This document shows, in pieces, positions 8,330 through 18,929 of a stretch of 30,247 bases of DNA. The notes under the pieces were generated by a model. The model saw only the letters and a program-made list of their open reading frames with translations, did not search any database and had not been told where the DNA came from. This DNA comes from Nostoc sp. DedSLP01 (GTDB lineage: Bacteria; Cyanobacteriota; Cyanobacteriia; Cyanobacteriales; Nostocaceae), in contig JAVRCJ020000061.1 in assembly GCA_034530875.2 (NCBI GenBank), forward strand, positions 1-30,247, given 5' to 3'. Position 1 is the stretch's first letter; each line of letters opens with the position of its first letter. The translations under genes were made by a program, and so were the position numbers.

Positions 8330-9385
8330 CTATCTAACCACTAGATAAATCAGCGCCTCTACCAAAGTTTGATTTTGTTCTTCAGTACCAACGCTGATGC
8401 GTAATTTATCTTCTAGTCCTGGCTGCTTGAAGTAGCGGATTAAAATTCCCTGTTCCTTGAGTTTTTGATAAAGATACTCAGCGTTTCCTTGTGGAGGTTG
8501 TGCCAGCAAAAAGTTAGTTTGGGAATCCCAAATCTGAAAGCCTAATTGTTTCAAGTCTGCTGCAAGCTTAATCCGCGATGCTTTAATTTTTGCCACACAA
8601 GCATTTTTATAAGCTTGGTCAGTAATTGCAGCCGTGCCAATTGCACAGGCGATCGCATCAATGTTATAGCTATCTTTGACTTTAAACAATCCATGCAACA
8701 GCTTGGGATTCGCCACCCCAAATCCTAGCCGCAATCCTGCTAATGAGTAGCCTTTAGAAAGTGTCCGGATTGCGATGACGTTTTCGTATTCTTTTACTAA
8801 ATCCAAGGCGTTCTCTTCAGTAAAATCTACATAAGCTTCATCAATGACTAAAACTCCAGATAGGTTTCTAGCTAGTTTTCGCAAGTCATCTTTTGCCACT
8901 ACATGTCCTGATGGACTATTAGGTGAAGCAATAAATGTTACAACCCCATCAATCGCAATCAATTCTTCTAGCGGTAAACTGTAGTCCTTGCCGTAGGGTA
9001 TCTCAATAATATCCGCGTCCTGCATTTGAGCTAATGTGCGATACAGCACATAAGTCGGCATAGGATAGACTACTTTCCGTCCGGGTTCTGCACAGGCTCG
9101 AATTACTACGCTTAACAATTCATCACTGCCATTTCCGATGATTATCCAATCACTAGGAACTCCCAAAACTTTACTAGCAGCTTGCCGGAATTCCCCTCCG
9201 AAAGGTTCTGGATAGCGTCGCAACCATTCTCCATCGATATTTTGCAGCACAGCTAATGCCGCAGGTGAGGGAGGATACGGGTTCTCGTTACTGTTAAGTT
9301 TAATAATCTGCGTACCCCGTTGAGGCTGCTCGCCAGGTACATAGCTAGCCATTGCATCAACATTGGCACGGAAAAATTTGGTCAT
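8330..9385 (-). CDS. hisC: Histidinol-phosphate aminotransferase
   Basis: KLNSNENPYPP, GNGSDE, SPNSPSG, DEAYVDF, RTLSKGYSLAGLRLG (PLP Lys), RISVG. Confidence 0.95.
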   Translation of the reverse strand: MTKFFRANVDAMASYVPGEQPQRGTQIIKLNSNENPYPPSPAALAVLQNIDGEWLRRYPEPFGGEFRQAASKVLGVPSDWIIIGNGSDELLSVVIRACAEPGRKVVYPMPTYVLYRTLAQMQDADIIEIPYGKDYSLPLEELIAIDGVVTFIASPNSPSGHVVAKDDLRKLARNLSGVLVIDEAYVDFTEENALDLVKEYENVIAIRTLSKGYSLAGLRLGFGVANPKLLHGLFKVKDSYNIDAIACAIGTAAITDQAYKNACVAKIKASRIKLAADLKQLGFQIWDSQTNFLLAQPPQGNAEYLYQKLKEQGILIRYFKQPGLEDKLRISVGTEEQNQTLVEALIYLVVR

Positions 9386-9388
9386 GCT

Positions 9389-9490
9389 AATTCATAATTC
9401 TGAATCCATAATTCATAATTTACAATTTATGGAGAAGAATTCAGAATGGGCTACGCCCCGCTACGCTAACAAGAGTCAGAATTCAGAATG
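9389..9490. repeat. Heptamer tandem repeats (AATTCAT-like x6) and a small GC-rich element flanked by direct repeats
   Basis: 9389-9430 holds six AATTCAT-like units. GGGCTACGCCCCGCTACGCTAAC (9448-9470) lies between two AGAATTCAGAATG copies (9436-9448, 9478-9490). Confidence 0.8.
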
Positions 9491-9588
9491 ATTCTGTACC
9501 ACTGGATTGATGAATATTGGTTTAAAACCTTGCCTGTAAGTGGCGCGAAAAAATTTAAACATTATTCCTTTTGGGGAAAACATGAAAA

Positions 9589-10068
9589 TTAGCGATCGCC
9601 AACAGCTACAGCTACCTTTGCATGTTTGTTAACGTAGTCCACAAATAGTTGCTTCAATCGAGGACTAACGCCAGCGTGTTCAAAGAACCCAAAGCCTACA
9701 TTCCGAGCTTTGGATAAGGTTTGCTCTGGCGTCAATCCTTCTTGAATAGCGACACTTAATAGTGCAATTCCAGTTGATCGCATCCCTGCTGCACAATGCA
9801 CAACCGCTGGTTTGGGAATTTGTTCGAGTGTTGTCAGTATTTTGGTAATTAACTCTTCATTGAGTGCTTCTAGCTTCAGTGGCACATTCCTATAGTGCAG
9901 TCCCAAGGCTTCCGCTATCTGTTGCTCATCTTTGGAGAATCCCAACTCATCAGGCGATCGCAAATTTAAAACCGACTTAAAACCTTCTTGTCTAGCTTGC
10001 TCGAGCTGTTTGGGGATGATTTGTCCTGTGGTTGTCAAGTTTTCATTAATTTGTATAGCGTCGATCAC
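9589..10068 (-). CDS. DUF442/PTP-like (sulfurtransferase/phosphatase-like) protein
   Basis: GFKSVLNLRSPDE and PAVVHCAAGMRS (HCx4R loop). Confidence 0.8.
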   Translation of the reverse strand: MIDAIQINENLTTTGQIIPKQLEQARQEGFKSVLNLRSPDELGFSKDEQQIAEALGLHYRNVPLKLEALNEELITKILTTLEQIPKPAVVHCAAGMRSTGIALLSVAIQEGLTPEQTLSKARNVGFGFFEHAGVSPRLKQLFVDYVNKHAKVAVAVGDR

Positions 10069-10383
10069 ATTCGCTCCTTTGAATTTTCCAATCTCTTACA
10101 GTTTCGTAAATGCTCTAATAAGCAAGCTTTGAGAAGATATTTGAACAAAGTCAACAAAATTCGCCAAATATTAGAAGCTATAGCTTAATTGCTTCTGAAT
10201 TTGCCTTTTAGCGTCATTATTTTATTGCTCTACCTATAATATACGGTTTGTCGATAGAATTACTGTATATTAAAATATATTATAGTTTTTAACAAGAAAT
10301 TTACTTGAGTTTATATGGCAACTTGATATTCTAATAAAAACGAAATAGAACAGGCATCTAACTCAAATGCTTGCCTTAAAACC

Positions 10384-10878
10384 ATGAGTGCCAATAAAAT
10401 ATCTCTTCGACCTGCTGAGGAAAAAGATGGCTGGGCGCTGAGTGCAATTCATATTGCTGCTATTAAAGCTCTCCCTGCAACTTTTTATACCGAAAAAGAA
10501 CTTTTAGCTTGGCGTAATCATCGCAACCAGCCTGATGGTGCAAATATATTAAAAAGTATGAAAGTGGAATCTATGTGGGTTGCAGTGGAGGGAGATATTG
10601 TTACAGGTTTTGCTAGCTTCGTTGTTGATGAGTTGATTGGACTATACGTCCATCCTAAATATCAAGGTCAAGGTATTGGGCGTGCTTTAGTCGAGCATTT
10701 TTGTAAACAAGCAAGCGATCGCGCCATAGATAAGGTAATTACAACTGCTAGTCTTTATGCAGAAGGATTTTATTTAAAACTGGGATTTACTGCCATCCAA
10801 AGAACGCCTCATTATTTAAGGAACGGGGTATTTGTTCCAGTTACCAAAATGAGTAAAATACTAACTATGGGTGAGTAA
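10384..10878 (+). CDS. GNAT family N-acetyltransferase
   Basis: LYVHPKYQGQGIGRAL acetyl-CoA motif; AEGFYLKLGF. Confidence 0.92.
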   Translation: MSANKISLRPAEEKDGWALSAIHIAAIKALPATFYTEKELLAWRNHRNQPDGANILKSMKVESMWVAVEGDIVTGFASFVVDELIGLYVHPKYQGQGIGRALVEHFCKQASDRAIDKVITTASLYAEGFYLKLGFTAIQRTPHYLRNGVFVPVTKMSKILTMGE

Positions 10879-10903
10879 ATATTGTAAAAATCAGTTATTA
10901 AAA

Positions 10904-11815
10904 ATGCAAAATCAGACGAACCAATCTATAGGTTTTATTTTATTAACACACACAAAACCTCTACAAATTTACAGACTGATAAATACTTTAAACAGGATGT
11001 TCAATTATCCTGTTATTGTGTGCCATCATGATTTTGATAAGTGCGACTTATCTGTAGATGCTCTGTCAAAAAATGTTTTACTAGTACGGCCTCATATAAA
11101 GACAGAATGGGGAGGATTTACTCTCATAGAGGCTACAATTAAGTCACTTCAATTGATGTATGAGACTCCAGATGCACCGGATTGGTTCGTATTACTCAGT
11201 GGCGCAGACTATCCCATTAAAAGTGCAAATCAAATATTGGACGATTTAGGCTCAAATCCCTACCATGCTTACATCCAGTACGAACAAATTACATACGATA
11301 TTTATAAACAAGATTTAAAACCAAACATGTTATGGTTGAAAAACTCCTATCAAAGATATTGTACAAAGTCATTTTCTTTGAATTACTCAAAAAAATACTT
11401 TGGTCAACTGAATATAGAAATCTGCTTAGAACATCCTTTATTAACAAAAGCTTTTCTTCCTTTTTCTAAGAAATTTGCTTGTTTTAGTGGCAGTCAATGG
11501 TTTTGTGCCAATTGCAAAGCTGCTGAGTACATTATCGATTTTCACAATCAGAAAAATGCTGTAACTTTATACTACGAAAAACTGAAGTATACTGACGAGT
11601 CATATTTTCAGACTATACTTGCAAATGCACCTCACCTCACGCTAAAAAACGATCGCCGCCGCTATATTGATTGGTCAACTGGAGGCCCTCATCCAAAAGT
11701 ATTGTTAATGGAAGATTTACCTAATTTGCTGGCGTCGTCTGCTCATTTTGCTCGGAAATTTGACATCGATATAGATAGCAATATTCTTGATGAACTCGAT
11801 CGCATTACATCCTAG
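10904..11815 (+). CDS. GT14 (Core-2/I-branching beta-1,6-GlcNAc transferase-like) glycosyltransferase
   Basis: TEWGGF, LLSGADYPI, GSQWF, DESYFQT, RYIDW, HPKVL, FARKF. Start at ATG 10904 or GTG 10871. Confidence 0.88.
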   Translation: MQNQTNQSIGFILLTHTKPLQIYRLINTLNRMFNYPVIVCHHDFDKCDLSVDALSKNVLLVRPHIKTEWGGFTLIEATIKSLQLMYETPDAPDWFVLLSGADYPIKSANQILDDLGSNPYHAYIQYEQITYDIYKQDLKPNMLWLKNSYQRYCTKSFSLNYSKKYFGQLNIEICLEHPLLTKAFLPFSKKFACFSGSQWFCANCKAAEYIIDFHNQKNAVTLYYEKLKYTDESYFQTILANAPHLTLKNDRRRYIDWSTGGPHPKVLLMEDLPNLLASSAHFARKFDIDIDSNILDELDRITS

Positions 11816-11864
11816 CATCAAGAGTAAAATCAATCTCATATACTACGAGTGCTTCAAGTTAAAT

Positions 11865-13367
11865 ATGAAACTTATTTGCCAGGGATGCAGTGTAATTTTC
11901 CAAGTATTAGCCACCATCGCTTTAGCTACTCCTGCACTTGCAGAAATCGTTAACATTAACCTGTTGCAACTTAACGATATTTACGAAATTACTCCTGTGG
12001 AAGGTGGGACTCGTAGCGGTTTAGCGCGTGTTGCTACTCTACGACAGCAACTTTATAAAGACAACCCCCGCACCTACACGGTGTTAGCTGGAGATGCTTT
12101 GAGTCCATCGGCTTTAGGAACTGCCAAAATTAACAGTACACCTTTAGCTGGCCAGCAAATGATAGCTGTAATGAACGCTTTGGGGTTAAATTATGCGACT
12201 TTTGGGAATCACGAATTTGACCTACCAGAAAACCTCTTCTACCAAAGATTGCAAGAATCGCGATTTCGCTGGGTTTCCAGTAATGTATCTGATAGTACAG
12301 GACAAGCCTTAAAAGGCGTTCCTCGCTCGATAGTATTCAATGTGAAAGGCGATCGCGGTGCTGTAGTTAGGGTAGGATTAATTGGCGTTACCCTTGCAGA
12401 GAATCAGTCTAAATACGTCAGCTACACCGATCCGATTGCAACAGCTCGACAGCAGGTTAGCAAACTCAAGGGTAAAGTTGATATCATAGTTGCTCTTACC
12501 CATCTCTCAATTGAAGATGACCGCAAACTAGCCGAAAACGTACCAGAAATTGACATAGTTCTGGGAGGTCACGAGCATGAAAATATCCAGCAATGGCGAG
12601 GTCGGGATTTTACACCGATTTTTAAAGCAGATGCCAATGCACGTACAGTTTACGTTCATCAATTGAGTTACGATACGATCGAAAGAAGCCTTGCAATTAA
12701 CTCTCGGTTAATACCGATTACCGATAAAATTCCTGAAGAACCAAAAACGGCAAAGATAGTCCATGAATGGGTAGAAAAAAGCTATCAAGCATTTCGCGCC
12801 AACGGTTTTGAGCCAAATCAGAAAATTGCTGAAGTGAAATTTGCTTTAGATGGTTTAGAAGCTAGCGTCCGCAATCAGCAAACAAAGCTGACAGAATTAA
12901 TTGCCTCAGCAATGTTAAAAGAAGTACCTGATGCAGATTTAGCTATATTTAATTCCGGTTCAATTCGACTTGATGACGTGATTTTACCAGGCCCAATTAC
13001 TCAATATGATGCGATTCGCATCTTGCCTTTTGGCGGCAAAGTTGTTGCAGTAGAGATAAATGGTGACGTTTTGCAGAGAGTATTAGATCGAGGGCAAGCC
13101 AATAAAGGCAGTGGTGGTTATCTGCAAACAGCCAAAGTTAGTCAACAACCAAATTCTAAAAATTGGTTGATTCAAGGTCAACCTCTTGACCCTCAACGCA
13201 CTTATAAAATAGCGATCGCTGAGTTTTTAATCAGTGGTAAAGAAAAAGGATTAGACTTCTTAAACCTTCAACAACCGGGGATTAAATTCATTGCTGAAAA
13301 ACGGGATATTCGTTTTGCACTCATTGACCAGTTAAAGTTTCAAGCAACTAATATTGAGAGTAAATAA
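11865..13367 (+). CDS. Exported bifunctional metallophosphatase/5'-nucleotidase
   Basis: Signal peptide ending PALA-E; NDIY, AGD, GNHEFD, LTH, GGHEH motifs; C-terminal nucleotidase domain (NSGSIR, LPF). ATG at 11865 preferred. Confidence 0.9.
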   Translation: MKLICQGCSVIFQVLATIALATPALAEIVNINLLQLNDIYEITPVEGGTRSGLARVATLRQQLYKDNPRTYTVLAGDALSPSALGTAKINSTPLAGQQMIAVMNALGLNYATFGNHEFDLPENLFYQRLQESRFRWVSSNVSDSTGQALKGVPRSIVFNVKGDRGAVVRVGLIGVTLAENQSKYVSYTDPIATARQQVSKLKGKVDIIVALTHLSIEDDRKLAENVPEIDIVLGGHEHENIQQWRGRDFTPIFKADANARTVYVHQLSYDTIERSLAINSRLIPITDKIPEEPKTAKIVHEWVEKSYQAFRANGFEPNQKIAEVKFALDGLEASVRNQQTKLTELIASAMLKEVPDADLAIFNSGSIRLDDVILPGPITQYDAIRILPFGGKVVAVEINGDVLQRVLDRGQANKGSGGYLQTAKVSQQPNSKNWLIQGQPLDPQRTYKIAIAEFLISGKEKGLDFLNLQQPGIKFIAEKRDIRFALIDQLKFQATNIESK

Positions 13368-13495
13368 TACTATAATTCCAAATTAATTAAGGATTTTTAT
13401 ATCTATTTTCAAGGGTAAAGTAGAGATTGTGATATTCTAAAGAGTTAGATTGATTGAGTTCTTAATTATAAATTTTCCCACTGACTGATTTAAAG

Positions 13496-14797
13496 CTAAA
13501 TTGGGAGAGTAATAATAAACTTCGTTCCCTTCCCAGAGATTGACAAGCAGTTAATTTGTCCATTGTGTTTATCGACAATAATTTGATAGCTGATAGCTAA
13601 TCCTAGTCCAGTTCCCTTACCCACAGGCTTAGTTGTAAAAGATGGCTCAAAAATTTTAGCTTGCACCTCAGGAGGCATACCAAGAGCATTATCTTCGATG
13701 CAAATTGTAACGGTTTTTTGGTGGTGATCGCACGATGTAGTAATAGTGATGGTGTAATCGCAAGCAGCTATCTCCCGCTCCGATCTGCTTTGATAAAGGT
13801 CATCAAATGCATCAATAGCATTAGCAATAATATTCATAAACACCTGGTTCAGTTGTCCTGGATAACAACTAATTGGAACTAACTCACCGTAATGTGTAAC
13901 AACTTCAATTTTAGGACGGTCTCCTTGGTCTTTGAGTCGGTGTTTTAATAACATTAAGCTACTATCGATTCCTTCATGAACTTGAAACTCAACCTGAGAT
14001 GAAATATCGGCTCGAGCAAAAGTTCTTAAAGAGAGACTGATATCCTTAAGACGATTAATTCCCTGCTCCATTGATAAGAGAAGTTTTGGTAAATCTTCAG
14101 CCAGATACTCTAGGTCAATTTCTTCAATAAGTTCTTCAATTTCTGGATCTGAGTTTGGTAGCTTTTGCTGTTGCAAATTCACCAAACGAAGCAGATCCTT
14201 TGTATATTCCTCAATATGGGAGCAATTTCCACTAATAAAACCAATTGGGTTATTAATTTCATGACCGATCCCTGCAACAAGTTGTCCAAGAGCTGACATT
14301 TTCTCACTCTGGATTAGTTGTAGTTGGGTTTGTTGTAACTGTTGTAAAGATTCGCTTAATTCGGCAGTGCGTTCTTGTACCCGTTGTTCTAATGTCCGCG
14401 TCAGATGGGAAATTTTCAGGTGTAACTTTAATCGAGCAATTACTTCTTCTTGTTGAAAAGGTTTGGTAATGTAGTCAACCGCACCAATTTCCAGCCCTTT
14501 CACTTTGTCTGTGGCATCCGACAAGGCACTCATAAAAATGACCGGAATGCTCTTAGTTATGGCATTGGCTTTCAGCCTGCGGCAAGTTTCAAACCCATCC
14601 AGACCTGGCATCATAATATCGAGGAGAATCAGATCGGGATGGGCGTATTCTATTTGTTCGATCGCCGACTCTCCATCGGTTGCCATGAGCGCTTTCCAAC
14701 CACATCCTTGAATCGCTTCAGATAGCACTTTCAGATTATTTGGATTATCGTCCACCAACAAGATATGCATTGGCTGCAAAAGAGTTTCGGTCATCAT
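13496..14797 (-). CDS. Hybrid histidine kinase (N-terminal REC, HisKA, HATPase), no sensor domain
   Basis: [50 protein letters not shown]. 4-bp overlap with the upstream CHASE2 kinase. Confidence 0.93.
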   Translation of the reverse strand: MMTETLLQPMHILLVDDNPNNLKVLSEAIQGCGWKALMATDGESAIEQIEYAHPDLILLDIMMPGLDGFETCRRLKANAITKSIPVIFMSALSDATDKVKGLEIGAVDYITKPFQQEEVIARLKLHLKISHLTRTLEQRVQERTAELSESLQQLQQTQLQLIQSEKMSALGQLVAGIGHEINNPIGFISGNCSHIEEYTKDLLRLVNLQQQKLPNSDPEIEELIEEIDLEYLAEDLPKLLLSMEQGINRLKDISLSLRTFARADISSQVEFQVHEGIDSSLMLLKHRLKDQGDRPKIEVVTHYGELVPISCYPGQLNQVFMNIIANAIDAFDDLYQSRSEREIAACDYTITITTSCDHHQKTVTICIEDNALGMPPEVQAKIFEPSFTTKPVGKGTGLGLAISYQIIVDKHNGQINCLSISGKGTKFIITLPI

Positions 14798-17655
14798 GAA
14801 TGTGACTCCGTTGTTACAAATGATTTGAGGAACTTACGGATTTTGGCGGTCTGGAAGTTGGCAGTGAGTTTGTTTAACTCAGTTGCGAAAGGAGTTAACT
14901 TACTGTCTTGCTCCATTAACTCTTTTATGGTTCCCTCAATTGCCGGAATATCTCCCATCATTGCCAGATGATAAAGTTGTTGCAAAATATCTTGAGACGG
15001 CAAAATTAATTCAGTATTATCTACTTGCTCATTCTTGCTCAATAATTGCTGCGGTTTAGATTGGCTATAGATCCAGTCAACTTTTAGTAAGGAACCCAGC
15101 GCATTGAAAAGTTCATCAATTTGGATGGGTTTGGGCAAGAATGCTGTTGCTCCTGCTTGTAAACTCCGTTGTCGATTTTCTTCAAATACACTGGCACTAG
15201 AAACAATAATTGGAATCGAACGAGTTAGAGGATTTTCTTGTAAGCGAACCATCAATTCAAAACCATCCATATTGGGCATGGCTAAATCAAGCACGATCGC
15301 ATCCGGTTGATGTTGAGTTGCCATCTGTAGCCCATGTTTGCCATCGCTTGCTTCCAAGATTCGACAGCCAATTTCTTGTAGTAGAGCAGTCAACATAAAA
15401 CGATGATTGCGATCGTCATCGACAATCAGAATTTGTGGCGCGCTACCCCGAACCCCGGTGATTTTCTGATGGGTTGAGGCGATGGTTCCTGGATACCAGT
15501 CATGGGAAATTGGTACTGGTACTGTCAAATCCAACCAAAATAGACTTCCTTCACCCAAGCAACTCTGCACTTGAATTTCGCTGCCCATCAATGCCGCAAT
15601 TCTTTGGCTGATTGCTAATCCCAAGCCAGTACCTTCAGATTTCCGTCCAGCCTCACCTACCTGCTCAAAGGCCAAAAAGATTTTCTCTAATTGGTCTGAT
15701 GACATTCCAATACCTGTATCTTCAATCTGGAACCGAATCTTGGCGGTTGGTGATTGGTTATTGGAAGCGCTCAATGTTGAGTGTTGAGTGTTAACTGAGA
15801 AGTTATTCTGTTCGTTCTCTTGTCCACCCAGTAGATCTACTTTGAACGTCACGCTACCGTTATCTGTAAATTTGATAGCGTTGCCTAGTAAGTTGATTAA
15901 CACTTGCCGCAGTCGCTTTTCATCTACTTGAATAACAGCTGGTAGGCAATTATCTATTAAGACGTTAAATCCAATTCCTTTCTGCTCGGCTCGGATACTG
16001 CAAATCTCAGTCACACCATGTAAGAAAGTCGGCAGATGTACGTTGGTGGTAACCAATTCTAATTTCCGAGCTTCAATTTTTGAAAGGTCGAGAATGTCAT
16101 TGATTAGCATCAGCAGGTGAGAACCGCATTGGTAGATAATCTTGATCCCTTCGCGATTTTTATCTGTGAGGTTGGGCGATACCTCTAGCACCTGAGCAAA
16201 ACCAAGGATACCATTGAGGGGCGTGCGTAGCTCGTGGCTCATATTGGCTAAAAACTCGCTCTTTGCTTCGTTAGCAGCATCAGCAGCTTGCTTTGCCTCC
16301 AAGAGTTCGCTAGTTCGCTCTTCAACTTTGAACTCTAAGGTTTTGGAATAATCTAATAATTGAGCATTGGCAATTTCTAGTTGCTGATTCGCTTGTTCTA
16401 ACTTCTGTTGTTTATAGGTATTGATTGTGGCAATTACGCTGCTGATGAATGCAGCTAAGGCAGGTGTTACCGGAATCAGAATACCTTGTAACAACATCCC
16501 GTAGCCACCACCAATAAATGCACCAGTGATACCTACAGTTGCCCAAAGAATTTTGCCGCCTGGAATCTGCCACTTAGTACGCGTACTGACTAACCACCAA
16601 CTACCACTAGAACCGACAAAAGACCAGAAAATAATCCACAACGACACAGCCATACCAGAAACACCGTGCAGATTTGCTTTCCCTGTTTTTGCTCCTTGCA
16701 CCAGTTGATGGGCGATATTGGCATGGATAATTACACCAGGTGTAGGTTTTTGGGCAGAAATTAAGGAAGAACTAAACGGTGTGCTAAAGAAATCATTGGT
16801 ACTGGCAGCAGTCGATCCAATAAACACCATGCGATCGCGCATCAGATTTGCTGGAATTTTTCCTGCCAACACATCCCGCATCGCAACTGTGCGAAACGAT
16901 GCTTCGGAACCATACCAGTTGAGCAAAATTTGATAGCCGCCGACATCAGTATCGGCATAACCTGCTTCTTGATTTTGTAGTGGCAGGTAGATTTGATTGC
17001 CTAATCGATACTTCTGCTGCTTTTCGTCAACAGATTCTAACGTTATCTTTTCGGCTTCAAGGTACTTGAGGGCTACAAGAGTTGCCAGTCCTGCTTTAAC
17101 TTTGTCTTCTTCTTTAGCATCGGTTGCCGTCAGTAAGGCACGACGCACAAAGCGATCGCTATCCAACACCAAATCTGCCAAGCCTACGCGATCTGCTTTT
17201 TTCAATTCTGGTGCGGGATTGACACGCTCTCCAGTAATTTTCTCGACGCCAATCAAATTGGTATTGTCCCGAAAGACTTTCACAAGTTGCTCGTGTCCGC
17301 TGCCTTCTGGTAAATCTCGATAGAGATCCAAGCCGATGGCGCGTGGTTGTTGCGCCTGAATTTTTTCTAGTAATTGTGCTAGCGACCAATCTGGAATTGG
17401 CCATTTACCAACTGATTGGATATCTTGTTCGTCAATTGTAACAATGACGATTTCTTCAGCCATAGTATTTTGCCAACACCCAATAAGGGCGGGTGCTTCA
17501 CAAGATCGCTGTCGCATCCATTCATCACGAAGTTTCCACTCAGGCAAATTGAAAAGTCCCAACGACTGCGCCAGAAGAACTGTTAGGGCAACGCTGGGAG
17601 TAATAATCAAAACACTGCGAGAGCGTTGGATGAAAGTTTGGAATTTGCGCCACAT
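14794..17655 (-). CDS. CHASE2-domain hybrid sensor histidine kinase (TM-CHASE2-3TM-HisKA-HATPase-REC)
   Basis: [11 protein letters not shown]...[33 protein letters not shown]2 motifs; three TM helices; [15 protein letters not shown]-terminal receiver. Confidence 0.93.
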   Translation of the reverse strand: MWRKFQTFIQRSRSVLIITPSVALTVLLAQSLGLFNLPEWKLRDEWMRQRSCEAPALIGCWQNTMAEEIVIVTIDEQDIQSVGKWPIPDWSLAQLLEKIQAQQPRAIGLDLYRDLPEGSGHEQLVKVFRDNTNLIGVEKITGERVNPAPELKKADRVGLADLVLDSDRFVRRALLTATDAKEEDKVKAGLATLVALKYLEAEKITLESVDEKQQKYRLGNQIYLPLQNQEAGYADTDVGGYQILLNWYGSEASFRTVAMRDVLAGKIPANLMRDRMVFIGSTAASTNDFFSTPFSSSLISAQKPTPGVIIHANIAHQLVQGAKTGKANLHGVSGMAVSLWIIFWSFVGSSGSWWLVSTRTKWQIPGGKILWATVGITGAFIGGGYGMLLQGILIPVTPALAAFISSVIATINTYKQQKLEQANQQLEIANAQLLDYSKTLEFKVEERTSELLEAKQAADAANEAKSEFLANMSHELRTPLNGILGFAQVLEVSPNLTDKNREGIKIIYQCGSHLLMLINDILDLSKIEARKLELVTTNVHLPTFLHGVTEICSIRAEQKGIGFNVLIDNCLPAVIQVDEKRLRQVLINLLGNAIKFTDNGSVTFKVDLLGGQENEQNNFSVNTQHSTLSASNNQSPTAKIRFQIEDTGIGMSSDQLEKIFLAFEQVGEAGRKSEGTGLGLAISQRIAALMGSEIQVQSCLGEGSLFWLDLTVPVPISHDWYPGTIASTHQKITGVRGSAPQILIVDDDRNHRFMLTALLQEIGCRILEASDGKHGLQMATQHQPDAIVLDLAMPNMDGFELMVRLQENPLTRSIPIIVSSASVFEENRQRSLQAGATAFLPKPIQIDELFNALGSLLKVDWIYSQSKPQQLLSKNEQVDNTELILPSQDILQQLYHLAMMGDIPAIEGTIKELMEQDSKLTPFATELNKLTANFQTAKIRKFLKSFVTTESHS

Positions 17656-17740
17656 AATTCCACAGGCTTAATTAAATAATATTGATTAGCATTCGTGAGT
17701 CATGACTCCACTAAATACTTGTCTGGGATTGGGTGGCTTT

Positions 17741-17810
17741 GAGAAAAGGTAACGGTTAAAGAGAAAAAGAATTTAACAAACTTCTTCCCCCTTTCCCTTT
17801 ACCTTTTCTC
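17741..17810. repeat. Inverted repeat/hairpin just downstream of the DUF928 gene
   Basis: GAGAAAAGGTAA (17741-17752) and TTACCTTTTCTC (17799-17810) are perfect 12-bp complements, with imperfect pairing inside. Confidence 0.75.
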
Positions 17811-17819
17811 TCACCTGTT

Positions 17820-18740
17820 TTAATTCGCTGAGGCTACTAAGGGAACTGTTGCAATATCCTTTAAGCTAACTGACGACAGAAGTTCTTCCCATTGCTTGAC
17901 AATAGTTGCATTTTTGGGTTGGGCAGCGTGCAGTACAGCCAAGGTTGCCACACAGTCGTACCAGACTCCATTTTTACCAAAAGCAGCCGCACGCTTTAAA
18001 GCATCTTCCTGCTGCATTGCTGTTGCCAGTTCAGCAGTAGGCTGGATACGCTCAATCCAACCATCAACGTAAGGCGTACTTGGGCTGAGCGTTCCGTCCA
18101 CTTTCAATGCCAGGAACCACTGGTAGTTTTTACCAACGGCTAAAGCGGGTGCGTCGGCTGGTAATTTGATGGCGATGGTTCCAGCTTTTTGTGCTACAGG
18201 AATGCTCATTTGATACTGTGTATTGCCAGCTTCATCTTTAAGGCTGAACACAGCTTCTTGCGCATTAGAAGCGGGAAGGTACACCAGAATTGTGGGACGT
18301 TCGGACACGGTTGTGCCATAGAAGCTTTGCGGTAGGAGTGCAATTAGGGCTGCGGGCCCTCCTGCTGCTATAGTCGATGAATTCAAGTAGTAAGTACCTA
18401 CACGGGAAGCCCCTCCCGATGCTTGTCTGGGGGCGCTGTTACCTGGAGCAGGGGTAAAGAGGTTGCCGCGGGAAGCTCCTCCTGTTGCTTGTCTGGGAGC
18501 GCCGTTACCTGGAGCAGGGGTAAAGAGGTTGCCGCGGGAAGCTCCTCCTGTGGCTTGTCTGGGAGCGCTATTTTTAGAGGGCGGGGTAAAGAGGTTACCG
18601 CGGGAAGCTCCTCCTGTGGCTTGTCTAGGGGCACTATTTTTAGAGGGCGGGGTAAATGTTACAGCATAGGCACTAGCCCATATACTGCTAGCAATCAGAG
18701 CCATGATGCTCAATGCACTAGTTAAATATCGACGTTTCAT
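17820..18740 (-). CDS. Exported DUF928 domain protein with N-terminal tandem repeats
   Basis: Signal peptide MKRRY...ASAYA; GGASRG motifs; LIALLP...GTTVSERPTILVYLP, LAVGKNYQW, GWIERI, GVWYD, WEELL.SV.L. ATG at 18740 preferred over 18782. Confidence 0.88.
   Translation of the reverse strand: MKRRYLTSALSIMALIASSIWASAYAVTFTPPSKNSAPRQATGGASRGNLFTPPSKNSAPRQATGGASRGNLFTPAPGNGAPRQATGGASRGNLFTPAPGNSAPRQASGGASRVGTYYLNSSTIAAGGPAALIALLPQSFYGTTVSERPTILVYLPASNAQEAVFSLKDEAGNTQYQMSIPVAQKAGTIAIKLPADAPALAVGKNYQWFLALKVDGTLSPSTPYVDGWIERIQPTAELATAMQQEDALKRAAAFGKNGVWYDCVATLAVLHAAQPKNATIVKQWEELLSSVSLKDIATVPLVASAN
18402..18656 (-). repeat. 66-bp (22-aa) in-frame tandem repeat, ~3.9 copies
   Basis: FTPPSKNSAPRQATGGASRGNL x2, FTPAPGNGAPRQATGGASRGNL, FTPAPGNSAPRQASGGASR; DNA period 66 bp (18475/18541/18607). 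Confidence 0.97.
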
Positions 18741-18929
18741 GATCTTTGTCCTCATCTGATTCAACAGCGATCGAAAATACATTCAAATCACTGCACTAAA
18801 AACTCATGGAATACTTTTAAACGCTATTCAGATATGGGAAGGCTACTAGCATTTATAACCGAATTTCGATTCCAATTCCATAAATTCGCTGTTTTTTTAA
18901 GTGCATCTTATAGCAGTAATTATACGTAT

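Noticed and set aside
15740..15830. Low-complexity insertion in the HATPase domain of the CHASE2 kinase
   Set aside because: Resembles the ordinary in-frame heptamer-repeat loops common in Nostoc kinases.
18402..18656. Tandem repeat as a CRISPR array
   Set aside because: No unique spacers, the 66-bp period is in frame within a CDS, and there are no cas genes.
18398..18725. Alternative-frame ORFs (78, 100 and 68 aa) over the DUF928 repeats
   Set aside because: Shadows of a GC-rich, stop-poor repeat whose period is a multiple of 3.
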